Shown piece by piece: positions 46,398-53,749 of a stretch of DNA of 64,000 nucleotides (its first letter is position 1; the number at the start of each line of letters is the position of its first letter). The stretch is from an uncultured Candidatus Bathyarchaeia archaeon (GTDB lineage: Archaea; Thermoproteota; Bathyarchaeia; Bathyarchaeales; Bathycorpusculaceae), in assembly GCA_964655395.1 (NCBI GenBank), contig CAZZMT010000108.1, forward strand, positions 9,427 through 73,426, written 5' to 3'. A program made the translations under genes and the position numbers. The notes under the pieces are model-generated. The model did no database searches and was not told the DNA's origin. It was given only the letters and a program-made list of their open reading frames with translations.

Positions 46398-47713
46398 TTT
46401 AGTTCCATCCTTGCTTTCTGGAAAACTCTTGCTGGGTTGGCGTAGTATTCGCGGATTATGTTGGCTACTTCTGTGTGTCTACGGATGCCTTTCTTAACCA
46501 TCCATTCGAGAACAGTTTTTCTGCGGTGAAGTTCTTGTCGGACTGTGTCCTCGCTTAAATCCATCTTTTTAATGTGTTCTTCAATGAGACTGCTGTGGCC
46601 CAGAAACTCGAACTTGTCGATTTTGGGTTTCCAGCGGAAAACCTCCTCCGTCGTTATGTTGCCTGTTTTCGCGTCGAGTCCGACAACCTCTGTTGCTGTG
46701 ACAACTCTTCTGGCCGGTCTTCCCTCGATTTCCGTTCTCGTCATAACCAGTATGAGATCAATCATAGCTATAAGGGGCCTTGGGATATTCATTGGTTCGG
46801 ATTCGAGACGGTTTATTACGGCTTCAACTGATTCAGCGTGGATGGTACACATGCCAAGATGCCCCGTTGCCATGGCCTGAAACAGCGTGTAAGCTTCTTC
46901 GCCGCGGATTTCTCCCACAATTATGTAGTCTGGCCTCTGGCGTACAGCGGCTTTCAAAAGGTCGAAGAGGGTTATAGTGCTTTTATTGTCGTAGCCGAAG
47001 CCCTCTCTAACGACGGATGGAATCCAGTTTTCATGGGGTAGGTTCAGCTCTTGAGTGTCTTCTACGCTTACAATTTTCATTTCCGGTTTGATAAACATGG
47101 ATAGGCAGTTAAGCATGGTGGTTTTTCCGCACGCTATGCCACCAGCAACAAGCACTGAAGCGCGGTTTTCTATTATATACCAAAGGTAAGCAGCCATATC
47201 CGATGAAAGCGTTTTAAAAGCGATGAGATCCGAAATTGTTAGGGGGTCAACTCTGAAACGGCGGATGGTAAAGGTTGAACCCCTCCGGGTCACCTCGTTG
47301 CCATAAGTGAGCTGTACACGGCTTCCGTCGGGCAGTGTTGCGTCCAAGATTGGGGAGGCTATGGAAATGTTTTTGCCAGCCAAATAAGCTAAGCGAACTA
47401 TGAATGAGTTTAGTTCCGACTCGTCCCCAAAGATTATGTTTGTTGGAAGCGACTCGTATGTTCTATGCCAAACATATATAGGTATGTTCACGCCGTCAGC
47501 TGAAATGTCCTCAATCATGTGGTCCTTCATCAGCGGGTCAATTTTGCCATAGCCAATAAAATCCCTTGTAAGATAGTAGAGAAGCTTATCAATAGATTCT
47601 GGCGGAATTTTTATGTGATATTTTTTGATCACATGTTTCGCTTTTTCGCGAAGATACTTCTCGGCTTTTTCTTTGGTTTCTATTTCCTTTAGGTTTACGT
47701 CTATTTCCTCCAT
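46394..47713 (-). CDS. type IV pilus/archaellum-family secretion ATPase (FlaI/PilB/TadA-like); conserved N-terminus continues upstream of the listed ATG
   Basis: Walker A GGIACGKTTMLN, Walker B/Asp box and His box (GHLGMCTIHA) are present. The frame stays open to 47879 and encodes the family-typical YPIQEPYVYAAI motif without a start codon (see finding). Confidence 0.9.
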   Translation of the reverse strand: MEEIDVNLKEIETKEKAEKYLREKAKHVIKKYHIKIPPESIDKLLYYLTRDFIGYGKIDPLMKDHMIEDISADGVNIPIYVWHRTYESLPTNIIFGDESELNSFIVRLAYLAGKNISIASPILDATLPDGSRVQLTYGNEVTRRGSTFTIRRFRVDPLTISDLIAFKTLSSDMAAYLWYIIENRASVLVAGGIACGKTTMLNCLSMFIKPEMKIVSVEDTQELNLPHENWIPSVVREGFGYDNKSTITLFDLLKAAVRQRPDYIIVGEIRGEEAYTLFQAMATGHLGMCTIHAESVEAVINRLESEPMNIPRPLIAMIDLILVMTRTEIEGRPARRVVTATEVVGLDAKTGNITTEEVFRWKPKIDKFEFLGHSSLIEEHIKKMDLSEDTVRQELHRRKTVLEWMVKKGIRRHTEVANIIREYYANPARVFQKARMELK

Positions 47714-47988
47714 CAGAATGGCTTTTACCTCTTTTAGACGTTCTTCCTCCTCTTTTGTTAGGGTGGGTTCTATGACTTCATAGCGGATTTTCTGGGTTTC
47801 TGGGTCCTTTACTATGGCAGCATAGACGTATGGCTCCTGGATTGGGTAAACTTCTTTAAAGACGGCTGGTCTTCTTTCTTTAGCCCTCTAACATCACTCC
47901 GATTTCTGTTTTTTCGGCTTGTTTTGCTTCCTTGCGGGTTTTTGACATTCTTTTCCCTTTTTGTGGTTTAGAGCGTGGGCTGTTCTAA

Positions 47989-48000
47989 ATAGTATACTAT
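47989..48000. promoter_or_regulatory. 12-bp perfect palindrome ATAGTATACTAT in the pilus operon promoter region
   Basis: Self-complementary 12-mer 41-52 nt upstream of the ATG at 47948 on the minus strand. It overlaps an AT-rich TATA-like stretch (ACTATTTAG). Confidence 0.3.
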
Positions 48001-48090
48001 CGTAAGTCTTAATAAGCTATATGCACGCCCAATCTTTAACACACTTAAAACACAAAATAAACAAATACAAAACAGTTCGAGAAAAGAGGT

Positions 48091-48177
48091 TTACTTGTAC
48101 CGGGCTCTTCTTTTTTGTCTCTTCTTCTTTTGCCTGCGCATCCTTTTCTTTTTCCATTTCGCTCTGATCTTTGCCAC
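48091..48177 (-). CDS. rpl41e: 50S ribosomal protein eL41 (L41e)
   Basis: 28-aa ORF from a GTG start: MAKIRAKWKKKRMRRQKKKRQKRRARYK. It contains the eL41 signature RAKW(K/R)KKRMRR. It is below the ORF-track cutoff. Confidence 0.75.
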   Translation of the reverse strand: MAKIRAKWKKKRMRRQKKKRQKRRARYK

Positions 48178-48190
48178 TCTCCTGAAGGCT

Positions 48191-48790
48191 TTATTCTATG
48201 GTGGCGTGTCTTCGCCTTAAGTCTTCTTCAGTTGTTCCCATGCGGTGCATAAGCTCCACTATTAAACTGTCAAGGAAAACCATACAGTTGTTCTCAAAAA
48301 TGCTTCCAAGGGGCGTGAGCGGTTCTCTTTCGCCCATAAGCTGTCTAGCCAAATAATCCTCTTCTCGAGGCCATCCAGCCTTTGTTCTGCCCTTAACTGT
48401 GACAACGAGGTCGGCTATCTGTCCCAGTGGTGATTCTGGGAAAGATGTTATTGCCACAACAGTGGCGCCTATTTCTTTTGCAGCGGCGCTTGCTGTTAAA
48501 ACCATCTTCGTTGTACCGGTGCCGGATATGGCGATCAAAACGTCTCCTTTTCCGGCTGCTGGTGTGATGGTTTCGCCTAAGAAGTATACGTTGAAGCCCA
48601 AGTTCATTAGGCGTAGGGCGAAGGCTCTGCCCACGAAGCCGCTTCTTCCCATACCTACAACGAAAATTTTCTTGTTCTTCGCTGCTAAAAGAAGCTGAAT
48701 GAAACGTTCCACTTCGTTTGGGTTAAGATCTTCAATGGCGCCTTTTATTCCAGAAATGATTTCTTCCGCCGCAGCTTTCAGCCATTTCAA
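48191..48790 (-). CDS. 6-phospho-3-hexuloisomerase (SIS domain)
   Basis: 199 aa. SIS-fold motifs VVGMGRSGFVGRAFALRL and ISGTGTTK are present, with a PHI-like length and C-terminus. Confidence 0.82.
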   Translation of the reverse strand: MKWLKAAAEEIISGIKGAIEDLNPNEVERFIQLLLAAKNKKIFVVGMGRSGFVGRAFALRLMNLGFNVYFLGETITPAAGKGDVLIAISGTGTTKMVLTASAAAKEIGATVVAITSFPESPLGQIADLVVTVKGRTKAGWPREEDYLARQLMGEREPLTPLGSIFENNCMVFLDSLIVELMHRMGTTEEDLRRRHATIE

Positions 48791-48846
48791 CTTTTCAAGC
48801 CCCGCGAAAACCTCTTACACAGAAGTCTATGTTAAAAGTCTTGCGG

Positions 48847-49641
48847 TTAAACAGTTCCAGCTAAAAGTTCCTCTAGGCGTGGTATGTAGAGGTATAAACG
48901 GACAAAGATGGCTAAGGCTAGTATACCAACGGTTATGGCTGCGAAAAGATAGTCTTCGTAGCGGAGCTTCAAAACGTAAAGGTTTGTGCGTTTTTTGGTG
49001 GCGCCCCAGGCTCGGGATTCCATGGCTTCAGCCAGTTCAAGGCTTCGGCGTATGGCGCTTATAATCAACGGTATTAGTATTGGGATGTAGTTTCTAACCC
49101 TTTTCAGAAAGTTTCCCTTTTCCAGCTCTAAGCCCCTCGCCTTTTGGGCGTCCATTATTGTTTGGGCTTCTTCGGCTAAAACCGGAACAAAACGCACAGC
49201 TGTTGTAAATGCGAAGCAGAACTCGTAGGGCACTTTTGACTGTTCTAGGGCTAAACCCAAATGGTCCGGTGAAGTGGTTAGGAAGAATATGGAGAAAGAG
49301 CCAACCAACACCAGAAAACGCAAAGTCATGGCTAAAGCGTACTCTAAAGCGACAAATGTGACCACATAGCCGGAGCTAATAAAGGAGAAGATAAAGTTTG
49401 TAAGGAAAATTATTGAGGCTAGGAAAGCTGCACCCTTCACAGAGCGTATCCATTCCCTTTTCACCCTTGCAATGAGCACTAGGGGAATCTGCATGACAAA
49501 AAGCACTGCGAGGGGGAGCAGCTGCCAGAAAATTATCGCCACGGCAAAGATTACACATGCGTAAATGAATTTTACTCTGGGGTCAAGGTTGTGGATGGGC
49601 GAGTTAACCCTTCTAAAACGCAAGCCATCAAAAAAACTCAT
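48847..49641 (-). CDS. ecfT: ECF transporter transmembrane component EcfT
   Basis: 264-aa membrane protein (CbiQ/EcfT family) with the conserved coupling-helix region ARGLELE and RRS..LAEAMESR. Confidence 0.88.
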   Translation of the reverse strand: MSFFDGLRFRRVNSPIHNLDPRVKFIYACVIFAVAIIFWQLLPLAVLFVMQIPLVLIARVKREWIRSVKGAAFLASIIFLTNFIFSFISSGYVVTFVALEYALAMTLRFLVLVGSFSIFFLTTSPDHLGLALEQSKVPYEFCFAFTTAVRFVPVLAEEAQTIMDAQKARGLELEKGNFLKRVRNYIPILIPLIISAIRRSLELAEAMESRAWGATKKRTNLYVLKLRYEDYLFAAITVGILALAIFVRLYLYIPRLEELLAGTV

Positions 49642-50462
49642 TGTTCCCGGCTCCTAAAAGTCTTTAGGAGGATTTCCCTCGCCTCGTAGACATCTATCAC
49701 CTCTTTGGGAAATCCCAAGTCTGAGAGGTTTAAGAAGATTTGAGCTATCTGTGGCGGCACAAGGGACGCTTGCTCTAGTATTTCAGGGTTCGTGAGCACT
49801 TTTCGGGCTTCTCCGTCTGCGACGATTTTGCCGCCTCGCATGAGTACAACCCTTGGGTTACATTCAGCCACAAACTCCACGTCATGAGTAACAATAATCA
49901 CGGTTTTCTTTTGGGCGTTCATTTGTAATATGAATTGGCGCAGCTTCTCCTTCTGCTGGTAATCCTGCCCGATGGTAGGTTCATCTAGAATCAGTATTTT
50001 CGGATCCCAAGCCAGCACGGAAGCCAAGGCTACGCGTTTTCTTTCACCGCCACTAAGCATGAAAGGCGAAGTTTTCCGGTACTGGGATAATCCAAGCAGG
50101 TTAAGCGCCCATTCAACACGTTTTTCTATTACGTCTTGGCTGAAGCCGAAATTTTTCAGGGCGAAGGCTATTTCCTCCTCTACGGTTTCGCAGAAAAGCT
50201 GGTGATCTGGGTTTTGAAAAACAAAGCCGACTTTTCGGGCTAGGGTTGCGACGCTAACTTTTGTTGTTTCCACACCGTCTACAAGCACTCTTCCCTTTGT
50301 CGGCTTCAACAGCCCGTTAAAATGTTTCACGAGAGTTGTTTTTCCAGCTCCATTTTCCCCCATGATAGCTACAAACTCGCCGTTTCGAATGGTTAATGAA
50401 ACTCCCCTTAATGCTTCTACACCGCTTGGATAAGTGAAATGGACATCTTCAACTTCAATCAT
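49638..50462 (-). CDS. ecfA2: ECF transporter ATPase EcfA2
   Basis: ABC ATPase with GENGAGKTT, LSGGERKR and LILDEPT. Start at ATG 50462 (MIEVEDVHFTYP) overlaps the ecfA1 stop by 8 nt. Confidence 0.9.
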   Translation of the reverse strand: MIEVEDVHFTYPSGVEALRGVSLTIRNGEFVAIMGENGAGKTTLVKHFNGLLKPTKGRVLVDGVETTKVSVATLARKVGFVFQNPDHQLFCETVEEEIAFALKNFGFSQDVIEKRVEWALNLLGLSQYRKTSPFMLSGGERKRVALASVLAWDPKILILDEPTIGQDYQQKEKLRQFILQMNAQKKTVIIVTHDVEFVAECNPRVVLMRGGKIVADGEARKVLTNPEILEQASLVPPQIAQIFLNLSDLGFPKEVIDVYEAREILLKTFRSREQ

Positions 50463-51345
50463 GCCGTCGTAGAGCCTCCCTAATTTTTTCCGCCATTTCC
50501 TCCGACGAGAGAGGCACTTTTCCACCCAGTTTTATCCCATCAGCCTTCAACATTTGGTAGAGGCGTGTGGCTTTTGGAATGCCAACCCCGATGAGGCGGG
50601 CTTCCTCAGAGCTTAAAACCTCGTGGGGTTCCCCGTCCAAAACAACTTTTCCATCGTCCATTATGATGATGTGGTCAGAGTATTTCGCCGTCAAATCCAA
50701 TCTGTGCTCGACGAGAACTATGGTTATTCCAAGCTTCTTGTTCAGCTCGTAAATAACCTCAAATATCTTTTTGGCGCCCAATGGGTCAAGGAAGGATGTG
50801 GGTTCATCCAAAACTATTACTTCTGGCTGCATGGCTAAGACGGCGGCTATGGCTACTCGCTGCTGTTGTCCTCCTGAAAGCTCTGTGGGCGTTCGCTCCC
50901 GCAGTTCGTATGTACCGGTTAATTGAAGCGCCCAGTCCACCCGTTTGCGAATTTCATCTCTTGGCATGCCAAGGTTTTCCAGTCCGAAAGCCACGTCTTT
51001 CTCAACGGATAGGGCGAAAAGCTGGTTTTCTGGGTTTTGGAAAACCATGCCTACGTGGGTTGCCAACTCGTAAACTGGGTGTTCCTGCACTTTTAATCCA
51101 GCTACTGTTATTTCGCCTTTTAATTCGCCCTGATAAAAGTGGGGGATAAGCCCATTAAAACATCTACAAAGGGTTGTTTTTCCACACCCACTTGGACCAG
51201 TGATTAACGTGAATTCACCTTTCTCAATTTTTATGGAGACCTCCTTTATTGCAGGTCTTGTGGCGCCCGGATACGTGTATGTTAGATTTTTTGTTTCAAT
51301 TATTGCCATAAGGGCTTTCCACGACACCCTAAAAGCTTTTCTCAT
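50455..51345 (-). CDS. ecfA1: ECF transporter ATPase EcfA1
   Basis: ABC ATPase with GPSGCGKTT, LSGGQQQR and IVLDEPT. An alternative start exists at 51309 (MAIIETKNLTYTYP). Confidence 0.9.
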   Translation of the reverse strand: MRKAFRVSWKALMAIIETKNLTYTYPGATRPAIKEVSIKIEKGEFTLITGPSGCGKTTLCRCFNGLIPHFYQGELKGEITVAGLKVQEHPVYELATHVGMVFQNPENQLFALSVEKDVAFGLENLGMPRDEIRKRVDWALQLTGTYELRERTPTELSGGQQQRVAIAAVLAMQPEVIVLDEPTSFLDPLGAKKIFEVIYELNKKLGITIVLVEHRLDLTAKYSDHIIIMDDGKVVLDGEPHEVLSSEEARLIGVGIPKATRLYQMLKADGIKLGGKVPLSSEEMAEKIREALRRHD

Positions 51346-51365
51346 TTAAGAGTAGCTACTTAAAT

Positions 51366-52358
51366 TTAAGTCTGTCCTATCTGCTCCTTCAAAAGCTTCC
51401 AACATTTTTTAAGCCCAGCCTCAAGCTCGCCATAACCGTTAACACCAGCAGCAGTGGCGTGTCCACCACCCATGCCTCGAAGGTATTCGCCTAAAGGTTT
51501 GGCTATATCCCTACCCAAGTGAATGCCTGTTTTTTCGTGGAATTCTTTTGTGCAGCGGAGGCTTATTTCAAGGCTGTCGTTCTTCTGCCCAGCCACCACA
51601 GCCACGTGGGCGCCCAAATCTATTATTGCACGGGCAGCTGAGGCTTGATAGGCGCTTACGTGGGATAGAGCAATTATCCACTCGCCTATTTTGAAAAGTT
51701 TAGCCCTTTTACAAGCCTTCAGCCTCGCCACCCGCTCAGAGAAATCCATGGGAAGCGAGAGCATAGCCAAAGCTTCTTGGGCGTTAACACCCATGTCTAC
51801 AAGCTCAGCAATAATCTTTAACGTTGAGGAGTTAGCCAAAACAAAGTGACGAGTGTCAAAGGCTATGCCTAGGAAAAGGGCTTTAGCCTCGTTTTCTCCA
51901 ACCTTCACGCCCATTTGCCTATAAAAATTGTAGACTATTTCACATGTTGACGACACGTTTTCATCCGTTATGCAAAGCCTAGCCATTTTCTCAGTCTCCG
52001 GGTGAGCGGCATGATGGTCAACCACTATTAACGGAGCTTTTGAAGCTTTTACCTTCTCAGCTAGGTTGTCGAGCTGTTGAACTGTGTTCGTGTCTACAAG
52101 TATTATCACGTCTGCCTTTTCAACCTTCGGCTCTATTTCAACCGTTATTGGAAGGTTTTTCAAAATGTGTTTTGAAAGGCGGCTTATTCCTTGGGCAACT
52201 CCTATTTCCACAGTTATTTGGGGCTTATGCTGTCTTATCAGACTCGATAGGGCATAGGCTGAACATATAGCATCTGGATCTGCATTATGATGGCATAACA
52301 AGACAACGTACTTGGCGTTTCGTTCGTTGAGTATTTTGGCTATTTCTGCAAACGACAC
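51366..52358 (-). CDS. DHH/DHHA1-family phosphoesterase (NrnA-like)
   Basis: 330 aa with LLCHHNADPDAICSA, VDHH and GGGHATAAG motifs. Confidence 0.85.
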   Translation of the reverse strand: MSFAEIAKILNERNAKYVVLLCHHNADPDAICSAYALSSLIRQHKPQITVEIGVAQGISRLSKHILKNLPITVEIEPKVEKADVIILVDTNTVQQLDNLAEKVKASKAPLIVVDHHAAHPETEKMARLCITDENVSSTCEIVYNFYRQMGVKVGENEAKALFLGIAFDTRHFVLANSSTLKIIAELVDMGVNAQEALAMLSLPMDFSERVARLKACKRAKLFKIGEWIIALSHVSAYQASAARAIIDLGAHVAVVAGQKNDSLEISLRCTKEFHEKTGIHLGRDIAKPLGEYLRGMGGGHATAAGVNGYGELEAGLKKCWKLLKEQIGQT

Positions 52359-52648
52359 TTCAACTCCTCCAAGTATTTTTCGGCAGCGCTAAACGCCTCT
52401 TTCACGGCTTCATCTGCAAGTCGTTGAATGTCGAAGTCTTTCATGATTGGAGAAAGAGTTAACTCAACATCCACCGTCAACGTTAAAGGCTTCCCTTCTT
52501 CGGCTTCAATGTCAGCGCTTATGTTTAGGGTTTCCACCCGTTTAGGCGGAACCCTCGATAGAATATACCCTCGCGCGGCTTCCTCAGCCATCAAGCACAA
52601 TTCTTCAATCTGCTCTGGCGTAAGCTCTGCCAATCTACGCTCTTCCAA
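52340..52648 (-). CDS. small conserved archaeal protein (DUF3194-like)
   Basis: 102-aa ORF between the prefoldin beta and DHH genes. The family assignment is from memory of a similar archaeal gene neighbourhood. Confidence 0.45.
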   Translation of the reverse strand: MEERRLAELTPEQIEELCLMAEEAARGYILSRVPPKRVETLNISADIEAEEGKPLTLTVDVELTLSPIMKDFDIQRLADEAVKEAFSAAEKYLEELKCRLQK

Positions 52649-52669
52649 ACTTCCACCCAGAGACGGCCT

Positions 52670-53041
52670 TCACTGTTGCGTTCCCGAAACTGGCGACAAA
52701 TCCTGTTGAAGCTTAGCCTGAAGCTCCTTCATTTGGCTTCGCAAGCGCTCCTCCTGCTTGCCCAAAACAGAAGCCCGCATGTTCAACAATTCTTTCCTCT
52801 CGTTTAAATCAGTCACAACCTTCGTCTTATCAGTTTTAACCATCAAAGAGCCTATAGACTTGTATATGACGGCGTCGTCGGCCACTTTTTGCAATTCGCT
52901 TAGGGCTTGTTCAATTTCCGTCAACTCCAGTTCCACCTGTTGTTTCTGAGCCAAAACAGACTGCAAAGTCTGTTGAAGCTGCTGAAGCCTCAAGAGACGC
53001 TCCTGAACATGTGGAGGAAGTTTCGCCAACTCTTCACTCAA
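52670..53041 (-). CDS. pfdB: prefoldin beta subunit
   Basis: 123 aa with two long heptad coiled coils flanking a central beta hairpin (AVIYKSIGSLMVKTDK). Confidence 0.85.
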   Translation of the reverse strand: MSEELAKLPPHVQERLLRLQQLQQTLQSVLAQKQQVELELTEIEQALSELQKVADDAVIYKSIGSLMVKTDKTKVVTDLNERKELLNMRASVLGKQEERLRSQMKELQAKLQQDLSPVSGTQQ

Positions 53042-53210
53042 ATCTTATCCTTCCATCTCACAGCTTTACAACAAACCAATTAATTAAACATTTCCAAAGA
53101 CACCGCGCAAAATAAAACAAATGTTCTTAACAACCAAAATACCAGAGAGGCTAGACTACTATTGGCTTCTCAAGTAACCATAAATTGTTGGAAATTCTAG
53201 AGGAGGCCCG

Positions 53211-53244
53211 TCAATTTTGCGGTTCACAGCCAGCACAAAATTGA
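53211..53244. promoter_or_regulatory. 9-bp inverted repeat TCAATTTTG-N16-CAAAATTGA upstream of gcvH
   Basis: Perfect 9-bp arms at 53211-53219 and 53236-53244, about 85 nt upstream of the gcvH GTG start. Confidence 0.25.
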
Positions 53245-53326
53245 CATAAAACTACGACTTTTTTAACAGTTAATTTTAAACGTTTAAAGCCTTAAGATTA
53301 TCAACTACATGTGAGGTGGAATTGCT

Positions 53327-53746
53327 GTGGTTAAAGTTGATGGATACGAAGTTCCAGAAGGCCTCTACTATTCTAAAGATTTTGAGTGGGTGAAAATTGA
53401 AGGCGACAAGGTGCGTGTTGGCATAACCGACTACGCCCAAAAACAGCTTAGAGAAGTTGTCTACGCAGAACTTCCAAGCCCAGGAACCACTGTAAAACAA
53501 AACGAGCCATACGGCACCGTTGAATCCGTAAAAGCCGTATCCGACCTAGTGGCGCCGATAAGCGGAACAATAGAGGAAGTGAACACAGAAGTCCAGTCCA
53601 AGCCGGAACTCTTAAACGAAGATCCGTATGGAAAGGGCTGGCTTCTCATTATAAAACCCTCAAACCTGCAGGCAGAGCTCAAAAACCTTATGGACTTTAA
53701 TGCGGCTGTTGAATGGCATAAAAGCCTAGTTAAAGAAGGGAAGTAG
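53327..53746 (+). CDS. gcvH: glycine cleavage system H protein (lipoyl carrier)
   Basis: 139 aa with the lipoyl-lysine motif ESVKAVSDLVAPISG. GTG start is preceded by GAGGTGG. Confidence 0.9.
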   Translation: MVKVDGYEVPEGLYYSKDFEWVKIEGDKVRVGITDYAQKQLREVVYAELPSPGTTVKQNEPYGTVESVKAVSDLVAPISGTIEEVNTEVQSKPELLNEDPYGKGWLLIIKPSNLQAELKNLMDFNAAVEWHKSLVKEGK

Positions 53747-53749
53747 CCC

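Noticed and set aside
48030-48155. 46-aa minus-strand ORF (MEKEKDAQAKEEETKKKSPVQVNLFSRTVLYLFILCFKCVKDWACI) overlapping rpl41e in another frame
   Set aside because: The overlapping frame encodes a textbook eL41 sequence. This alternative reading has no SD or known family and runs into the promoter region of the pilus operon.
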